A stretch of 62,134 nt of DNA. Source: Octopus bimaculoides. Lineage: Eukaryota. The notes beneath the pieces are model-generated. The model did no database searches and was not told where the DNA came from. It saw only the letters and a program-made list of their open reading frames with translations. A program made the translations under genes and the position numbers. The stretch is taken from contig NC_068983.1 of assembly GCF_001194135.2 (NCBI RefSeq), forward strand, positions 65,728,994 through 65,791,127. Direction: 5' to 3'. Numbering within the stretch: the first letter of the stretch is position 1; each line of letters begins with the position of its first letter. Shown one piece after another: positions 53,514-62,134 of the stretch.

Positions 53514-53812
53514 GGGATTGCTATGATAGTAGTCTCCCCAAAGAAGCAATGTACAGAGCGTTGACTCGGATTGCGCCATACATGCTGTAAAGTTTGTCTA
53601 TCAGCTGAAGGCTTGAAACAACACATGAAAACGCATGATAACCAACAGGAGATTCATGTTGTTAGGAGCAGTCAGGTAGGTAACAATTCTACCAAAGATT
53701 TTACGTCACTTACCGGCTTGAAAATCTTCATCTGTGCCGCACACATGAGACCGATTCTCAAATGCTTCCGGCGATGTTATAATCGAGAGCAAGGAGGTGG
53801 CTATCATGTATA
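53514..53812 (+). mobile_element. RTE-clade LINE 3' end with two C2H2-like fingers
   Basis: HTCCKVCLSAEGLKQHMKTH and a decayed KDFTSLTGLK...AH, no TGEKP linkers; ends GGAGGTGGCTATCA followed by a TA-rich tail. Confidence 0.6.
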
Positions 53813-53989
53813 TATGTAAAAACTACAAATATGAATTCTAAATATTTTTGGGTTGCCGACATTTCACGTCACCTCACTTAACTACACTGCCTGGCACCTC
53901 AGATACTTTCAGTGGAGTGCAATGTTGCAAGCATTCGAGCCATGTTTCCGGTTAGAGGGTACTTCTCTTTGTTTCCCTCCTCCCAAAGC

Positions 53990-54805
53990 TTTATAACCGG
54001 ACTTGGATTTCGTAGACGACTTGGCATCACTAAGCTCCCACAGGGATACGCTGCAGGTCATGATAAATAACTTTTAGAGGCTGCGGGGGGTGGGGGTGGG
54101 GGGTGAGCAAGGCTGTGGGTTAACGGGAAAAAGTCTATAATCGTGTGAAGTGGTGGAGCCCAAGCACAACCTGTCAATCACGGACGAGACGAAATTCGAG
54201 AACGCCGGTAGTTTGCATTTCCGGGAAGCTGTAATTCCATCGAGAATGATGCAGTCAAGTTAAAGTCGAGACTAGGATAGGGAAAGTAATATCGGTATTC
54301 TAATGCATTCGTCCAATATCGAGATCGAAGATCATCAGAATAGAGTGACAGCTATCGTTGTTTGTTATTATACCAACGCATGTGAAATCTGGAAGAAGAC
54401 AACTATAGCCTCTCAATTGCTGGATGGATTCTTTCAATACTACTTACGTTTAATCCTGGACATCTCTTACCAGTACATAGTGAGAAACGGAAACGAACAG
54501 GGGGTGAGAAGAGCTGGTATGGAAAATTAGCAAGATATGGTGACTAAGCGGTGGATATGGTTTACTAGTCATGTATTTCGATTACCGCAGAAGAGACATC
54601 CTTCTTTGTAATGGTGTAGACGGTGGAATGAGAAGGACCGAGAAAATGATCAAGGAAGACGTAGCCGGGATGACATGATAGCGATGGGAGTTATTTCGAA
54701 TGAAACCAGGGGGAAGGTGAGCAATCGGGATATTTGGAAAAGGTTCGTTTCCCGCTTTTCTGACAGTACCTGAGGATCTAAGAGCTAAGAGGTAAGAGCT
54801 AAGAG
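53990..54805 (+). mobile_element. RTE-clade LINE, 5'-truncated, decayed RT C-terminus
   Basis: DLDFVDDLASLSSHRDTLQ (54000), ACEIWKKT..LDGFFQYYLRLILDISY..VRN, KRWIWFTSHVFRLP, RDIWKRFV; tail (CTAAGAG)x4 at 54778-54805. Confidence 0.85.
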
Positions 54806-55699
54806 ATGAATTGCTGTGCAGTGGAAAAACTGCATAGGATCGGTGTTACAGTAGCCCCAGTAGTGACTTGTTCCTTGTCATCAGAACTAAACTTCGCCTG
54901 TAATTTGTGTAACTCTTGATGGATCAATTCATGAGCTGCGTAGGACAATTGATTTTAACAGTGGGACGTTTATAAGATACACCGTTGTTTATTTATAAGC
55001 ATATAAGAAACTTTAGATGTTTGACATTAGTACAACTAATTACGCTTTGATGTATTTTGATATTAATTTGATATAGATTAATAATATGTCAGTATCATTA
55101 ATCTGTGCTCACTTGATCACTAACATAACATTTTAATTAAAGCGTATGATAATACTGGATATGATGTTTTTCGATTCATACTTAGAATTCTTGAACAACA
55201 TATTAAAACTTTAGTATTTAAGAGGAACGTCACCAAGTTTAAATCAACGTAATAAATTCTGTGTGATGTATTTGATTTATACTTGTATTGAAGCAGAACT
55301 GCAATATGATTCAACAAAATTTTCTGAGGGAGAAACATTAATCAATCAGAATATTTTTGATCGCTTTTAATTTGCGGGTACGTATCACATTTCTGTTAAA
55401 GCACGTGCTTAAACAAAGGACGTGTTGGAATGTGTTATACAAAGCAATTAGTTATGACTTGATAGTGCTTTCTGATTTAGTCACAAGTTCAGTACGTCTT
55501 GAGCGGAACGTGAGTAGCAGATACATTTAAACTCAGAAATTGGTCGATCACAGGGTTGGGGTTGAATGGCAAAGTTAGCCTTGATAGAATTTGAACACAC
55601 TGCGTACAGATCCGAAATAAATATTACGGAATTTATCAATTCCGACGCTAACAAGTCCGCCAGCGTGATTATGACTAGGTAATGGTTTCAAATCTTAGT

Positions 55700-55870
55700 A
55701 AGGGGAGGTTAGCCAATTGCATGGACTCAATTGGTATTTAATTTACCCACCCAGAAAGGATAAAAAGTAAAGTTAACCTCAATGGAATTTGAACTTAGAA
55801 TAAGAAGAAATGCCACTAAGTACTTTATCCGAGGCGCTAACTATTGTTGCCTTAGCTATTGCCAGATAAT
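55700..55870 (-). mobile_element. decayed SINE (family A)
   Basis: CCCAGAAAGGATAAAAAGTAAAGTTAACCTCAATGGAATTTGAACTTAG core. Confidence 0.6.
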
Positions 55871-56424
55871 AATAACAACTTCGTTTATGTGTGTATATTA
55901 CATTTTGCTTATAAACCGAGTGCATTAAAAATGAACACAGCTGAAGCGAAATAAAACTTTTTACTACTGCCATTATATCATATTAGCAATTTCTTTGTCT
56001 CTTATAATTTAAAAAGCGATCAATTAAGTTGAATGTAAGAAATTACTATAATTATAAAAAAATTATATTAGATTTATATTTTTACTTTTCACAAAACCGA
56101 TTTCGATGATAATGTAGAGTTTTCTCTTTATACAATATTGATAAATTATTTTTTCCACTTTTATGATCTCTGCAGAGTAAATAGCAGATTCTGTTTTGAT
56201 TTGGTCTCTCATTTTTATCAGTATATCACAACAATTCGTTATTAAATCTATATTATGTTTCAATCTATCATAAAATTGACAATATAGTTTTGGTAAAACT
56301 ATAAATTACATTAGCAATTACTCTGAAATTTAGTTTTTGTTATTAATGTATTCATTAGAATGAAGTTAAAAACACACTGCCTCATCGTTATTTGTCGGCG
56401 TCCGAGCATAAACTAAGTTGTCCA

Positions 56425-56620
56425 GCATGGTTATGATACTACGTGTGCGTGCCTAATTTTGGCGGTGGATTGGCTAAATCAGTGAATTGTGAGACAAAAT
56501 GCTTTTCAGTATTTGCTTGAGAACAATGTTCTTCGCATTCTGAGCTCAAATCCGGCCGAAATCAACTTTATCTCTATCTTTTTTGCGTCGATAGAATAAG
56601 TACCAATAAAGTCCTAAGGT
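56425..56620 (+). mobile_element. decayed SINE (family A)
   Basis: TTCTGAGCTCAAATCCGGCCGAAATCAACTTT..GTCGATAGAATAAGTACCA core. Confidence 0.6.
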
Positions 56621-58634
56621 CGTCTGTAATCTGCCACCAAATTTCTTACTTTCTTCCTATGTAAGATATTATCAAGTCTGCAATAAGAATTCATTGATAA
56701 TATCGTTATTGTTGATAAAGAGACATTTAGATCCTGAAAATAGATTGCATTTTGCATATAAAAAGGAAATATAATATCACATAAAAATGGGGCTGGTTCT
56801 TGCAAAGAGAAGCCTTTGTTCTATGGAAAAGGAATGAATGAGAGTTGCAAATATGGCATCACAGTCTGCTAAGGAATATGTAGTTTGAAACCCATCACTT
56901 TATAACATGGATACAAATGTCATCAGGGTTAATTTTAGGACAAAGTAAAGTAATATCAATTATGTATACGGTTACCTGTACAATATCTTCTATGGTGATA
57001 TTTTTGTGCTGATGCTAGACATGGTCATTAACTATTCTAGGAAAACTTCATACATAGTATTCCGGATGTGATAACTTTACTTAAGAGTGTAAAAGTTGCA
57101 TGCTGCTACATCTTCACTTAAGATGTATCCAAAACTAAATATGGAAACTATTTTTATTAAAACAATTTTTAAAGCATTTTTCTGAACTTTCTTCCGTCAA
57201 TACCCCTTTTATTTTCTAAGGGGAGAAGTTTTCGTGATTCTCTATCAGTATAATTAAATTTAATATTCATTAAAAGAAATACAAACTGCGTGTGATTACG
57301 CTAAATAAATCATAGCTAATAAGAGGGTAGACTTCAGAAGCACAAAATACATGTGATGTAAGATCCCCGTAAACGTTACTATATCAAAAGTGTATAATTT
57401 GATAATTTTCACTGGCGTGAATGTTGTTTTGGCAAACCTTTCTGAACCGTGGTTTAATATTTGTTTGCTGATATTCTTCTGGAGGATTCTGTGTTAATAA
57501 CTTTGGAGTTATTCGTTGTAAAAACTGAAAATGTATATTCATATAAATGCGAATATTAATGTTAGAAGAGCTGTCATTGAAATTTTGGATAATAATAGAA
57601 ATTCTGATTTTACAAGCAGTCAAGAAAACCCAAATCTATTTTCGCAATTCAGTTCTGAGAGATGAATTTTATAACAGCTCTGGAACTTCTACTCCAGTAT
57701 TCAAAGACATTTCATCTGTTACATTGCTATAATTAATGAGATTTTCTGCGATTCGTTATAATTATTTACGACAGAAATAAGTACATTTACTGAAAAGGTT
57801 TTTCATATATAGGAAATTTTCGATTATGGTCAACTTAATCGAATTAAAAATCAGTTTACTTTATAAACACAATTTTCACAATATGAAAAATATTCAGATT
57901 CATTATTTCGTACTGTACATTTCCGTAGGCTTATTTGTTTCATGAACGTTTCAGCTTCACTTTTCAAAGTAATATATTAAGTTCGCTAATTTTTTTTCAA
58001 ATAACATAGTTTTCACATATAATTCATATCTGGAAAGAATTCAGCAAAATGAGAATTTTTTAAGGTAAAAAAAATCATAATTTCTTTGATTTTCAAGTCT
58101 ACCTGACGTTTTAAAACACATTCAGTTGGCACCGGCTATATTCAGTGAAAGGATTATACGCTGGTTATTTTAACTACGTTTAGCTCTGAAATATCTCTAA
58201 CTCTGATGCTGCGTGATTTAATCTTATTTTTCCTTGCTATTGCACCTGTGCCGATGTTAAACAAAAATACAGTTAATACATTCTGTATCACTTTCATTAA
58301 AACTCACCACCTTTGAAGAAAACATATTCACCAACTCAGGACAACGAATCTTGCCCAGATTTAATATGAATTCGAGACATAGCAATAGTTGAGCAACATT
58401 GGTAATGACTGCCAATTTCAAACGTTGTTTAATGTTAATTTTTTAATATTCTTTTCAAACCTTATCCACTAACGATGAACTTCCTCACTTTCTCCACATT
58501 TGACTTTCTGTGAATAAATGTCCATGATTCTATAGGTCTTCATCTATATCTTTGCTTTTTTAATTATGTATGGGGCTTCTTGTGATTTTCGTAATCATTT
58601 TACTTGAACTAGTACATGCTATTTGTTTTCTTTT

Positions 58635-58910
58635 TCAAAACCATACATATGCACTTTCTAAGCCTTTAGTAATCTTTTGCATAACGTGAAACATTAGCCA
58701 GAAAACATATCTCGTGTCCGAAATGTGCAAGGAACTCAATGCCCTCTCGGCCTCACGGCTCCACGCGCCGCAGGCCCCGACTGGGCAACCGAACACCCGT
58801 ACCGGCACGCCTAGCTCCCTCCCGAGGAGGGAGATCAGCGGTCGGTATTTCCTCTCCCTCTCCCGGGCTGCATCGTGCAGCGCCGTTCCCATTCATATGG
58901 CAATTTATGT
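58635..58910 (-). mobile_element. NeSL/Utopia/R2-group non-LTR retrotransposon, C-terminal restriction-like endonuclease fragment
   Basis: Uninterrupted ORF 58635-58892 TALHDAARERERKYRPLISLLGRELGVPVRVFGCPVGACGAWSREAERALSSLHI..GLESAYVWF*, with a frameshifted PYE upstream; abrupt GC-rich island in AT-rich DNA. Confidence 0.75.
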
Positions 58911-59664
58911 TGGCATTTGGTTATACCGTGTTTTGTTATTTTACATATTTAATCGTTTATATATTGTTCAATACTTTAAGAAATATTAACTAATAGGTTT
59001 ACCATAAATCTTAAAACAATAACTAATATTAAAATGAGTTTGTATATTAATAAATTTTTATTATATAATTAATTCAAAATTAAAATAATTAAAACCTTGT
59101 AATTATTTAATTTTTATTTTCTACAAACTTACTTCAGAACTTGGGGCAAAAAAATTTGCGTTGTTATTTAAAAGTAAATTACACACATTTTATAAATGAA
59201 GAATCCCAACGTTTATCTAATACTGCGACACAGTAGATCATTTATCTAATATATGGGCAGTCAGCTTATATATATATGTTGATACATGGTATTAACATTA
59301 TTCAAAATCTCTTCCTTCACTTAGACCATTAATACTGGACTGGATATAAGAGACAGATGCTGACACTTGCGATACGATAAAACATACGTTGTGAATCCTT
59401 ATAAAATTAAAAATTCATTATAATAAACTTTAAAAGAATTATAGCTTAAAAACAAAAGATACAAGTATCTTAGAAAATGCTCAATTGAACCGTTAGCATA
59501 GGTCTCTAGAAAGTTTTGCAGTCATTCGAGTAGCACTTAGTACCAATGTGATCGTATGAAGCGAAAACTGAACAAATGCCGTCCTTTTACATGTTATTCA
59601 GTTCTAATTCACTTTCCGATCCATACGCATTAATAATTTTCGGAACAACTCTTTTCACGATGAA

Positions 59665-59674
59665 CACACACTCA

Positions 59675-59722
<48 letters not shown>

Positions 59723-59807
59723 NNNNNNNNNNNNNNNNNNNNNNNNNNNNNNNNNNNNNNNNNNNNNNNNNNNNNNNNNNNNNNNNNNNNNNNNNNNNNN
59801 NNNNNNN

Positions 59808-59842
<35 letters not shown>
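59665..59842. repeat. (CA)n, N-gap, (TA)n
   Basis: Read directly; representative of the other microsatellite-flanked gaps at about 10952, 15941, 17633, 18983, 40890, 49118, 52977 and 60914. Confidence 0.95.
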
Positions 59843-59845
<3 letters not shown>

Positions 59846-60845
59846 TAATAAAGAATATGGAGATACGTGCAACCTCAAAATTTATTTTATAGTTATATGC
59901 ACTATATTATAATGACCTACACGTGTTTCCGCTGCACCGACTACTCCCTGTTGCAAATGCAGCTTTGCAATATTGTCGGTGCAGCTTCGTCAGTGTTCGA
60001 CCATTTAGTCTCGAAAGAATTCATGGAGCGACTAACACCTGATTGTAGTCACAGACGTTAGGTACTGATCGTTGTGGTTAGTCGCTGATTAGAACTTAAT
60101 TCATATGTAATCATTTCATTTCCTCAAACAAGAGTGAGGTTAATAAATATCCAAGTTCATTACAAAGTGATACAATATGGCAAGGCAGTTCGTTTGAATA
60201 ATATGTACGATCCAGAGATATAAATGATGTAGAAAGCAACTTAACTCAACATTCTTTAACGTTTCCGAAAAACTGAAAAAGATAAATGACCTCAGTCAAA
60301 TATCCGGAATAGACATGGCGAGATATATTATTCGATGCTCTGAGACTGCTAATTTGTTACCTTAATTTGATGATTTATATATTGCTGAAATGCTTGTGGC
60401 TAACGTACGCTACCACTATATTATATATGCAAGCTGGTTTTGGTTAAAAAGCTAAATATAATAAAGGAAAGCATTCAATAAGAGAATTGTTACAACTCGC
60501 TATCACTTAGGGCCAAATATATAGTCAAATGTATATATCTACTGAGACTTCTTTAAAAAAATTTACATTAAGTACGACAGTTCAATAAGGTATTATAAAT
60601 ATATAAAAAAGATTAACAATAAAATAGGAAGAGGTATTATTATAAAATTATATCATTATTGCACCAAAATAATGTGAAAGATTAGTCTGTGATGGACAAC
60701 TGTTTTTATTTCATTTTTGTTATGGTATAGCACAGATAATTTTACAACACTCTTTTCAAATTAAAGTAGGAGAAAAAATAGTTTAATTTCATTCTGTGTG
60801 TATGTGCGTAGGTCTGATTTTGTGCTTGCGTGGGTTTGTGTGTAT

Positions 60846-60913
<68 letters not shown>

Positions 60914-61412
60914 NNNNNNNNNNNNNNNNNNNNNNNNNNNNNNNNNNNNNNNNNNNNNNNNNNNNNNNNNNNNNNNNNNNNNNNNNNNNNNNNNNNNNNN
61001 NNNNNNNNNNNNNNNNNNNNNNNNNNNNNNNNNNNNNNNNNNNNNNNNNNNNNNNNNNNNNNNNNNNNNNNNNNNNNNNNNNNNNNNNNNNNNNNNNNNN
61101 NNNNNNNNNNNNNNNNNNNNNNNNNNNNNNNNNNNNNNNNNNNNNNNNNNNNNNNNNNNNNNNNNNNNNNNNNNNNNNNNNNNNNNNNNNNNNNNNNNNN
61201 NNNNNNNNNNNNNNNNNNNNNNNNNNNNNNNNNNNNNNNNNNNNNNNNNNNNNNNNNNNNNNNNNNNNNNNNNNNNNNNNNNNNNNNNNNNNNNNNNNNN
61301 NNNNNNNNNNNNNNNNNNNNNNNNNNNNNNNNNNNNNNNNNNNNNNNNNNNNNNNNNNNNNNNNNNNNNNNNNNNNNNNNNNNNNNNNNNNNNNNNNNNN
61401 NNNNNNNNNNNN

Positions 61413-61467
<55 letters not shown>

Positions 61468-62134
61468 TATACATACATATATGTATGTATGCATATATGT
61501 ATATATACGTTTATGTATTTATTCTTGAAAGATTCTTGATTGTAGAATCTTTTGTTAAAACATATTGTTATACTTAGGAATGGTCATATTTTTCCGATTA
61601 AATACACGCACTTTACTATTCAACACGAGTGAATACCAAATATATAGTGCGTGTGTTTAATCAGCAAAAATATGACCATCACCAAACGTACCGATATATA
61701 TAAATATATATATATATATGGTGTGTGTATATATATATATGTAGGTATAAATATATGTAGGTATAAATACATATCCCCGCACACATATGTATGTGTGTGG
61801 TTGTGTGTATGTGTGTATGTGCATGTGTATTTGTTCATTCCTCTCTCTCTATATATATATAATGAATGTTTTAGTTATTTGAATTCTTCTATATTTTCTA
61901 GTTCCTAACAAAGAAAAGGTCTTCAAGTGTGATTGTATAACCTTAGAGTAACCTATTTCTATGATAGTGCCTTTGAATCTGATTCGGTGTAAGCGCGTTC
62001 AGCAAGATTAGCCTACAAAGAAACCATAGAAACCAGTCATATATTTATCTTTTACATCCACAAGACACATCGTTTGATGTATAAAAACATTCTATGTGAT
62101 GAATTCACTGAATTCCGTAGTTTTGACGGTCTTT

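Noticed and set aside
54085-54103. G-run cluster as a G-quadruplex
   Set aside because: Only three separated G-tracts, inside a decayed LINE.
56646-56729. Minus-strand 84-nt exon-like segment DLNVSLSTITILSMNSYCRLDNILHRKK
   Set aside because: Splice-like signals only, very AT-rich, no recognisable homology; expected by chance.

Overview
AT-rich, microsatellite-dense animal genomic DNA from a gapped short-read scaffold, with ten N-gaps that are almost all flanked by (AT)n, (CA)n, (AG)n or (AAT)n. The SINE families and repeat style are those I associate with octopod cephalopods; this is inference and no database was searched. I cannot confidently identify any host protein-coding gene, tRNA or rRNA, and nearly all long ORFs in the track are microsatellite or N-gap artefacts. 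The window is a graveyard of transposable elements: four R4/Dong-like RLE retrotransposon copies (three stacked head-to-tail between trinucleotide microsatellites), at least seven Penelope-like (PLE) fragments from several lineages, two RTE-LINE 3' ends, a NeSL/Utopia-like endonuclease fragment, a decayed near-full-length mariner, possible piggyBac and Tc1 remnants, and more than a dozen tRNA-derived SINEs. The most interesting structure is at 23390-24143. It is a young Penelope insertion with a nearly intact GIY-YIG endonuclease, followed about 30 bp after the stop by a tRNA-derived Pol III head and a type I hammerhead ribozyme motif, with an inverted hammerhead-bearing copy at the other end. 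This suggests a tRNA-promoter plus ribozyme pLTR, or a PLE-dependent SINE/retrozyme. Boundaries of decayed elements are approximate.
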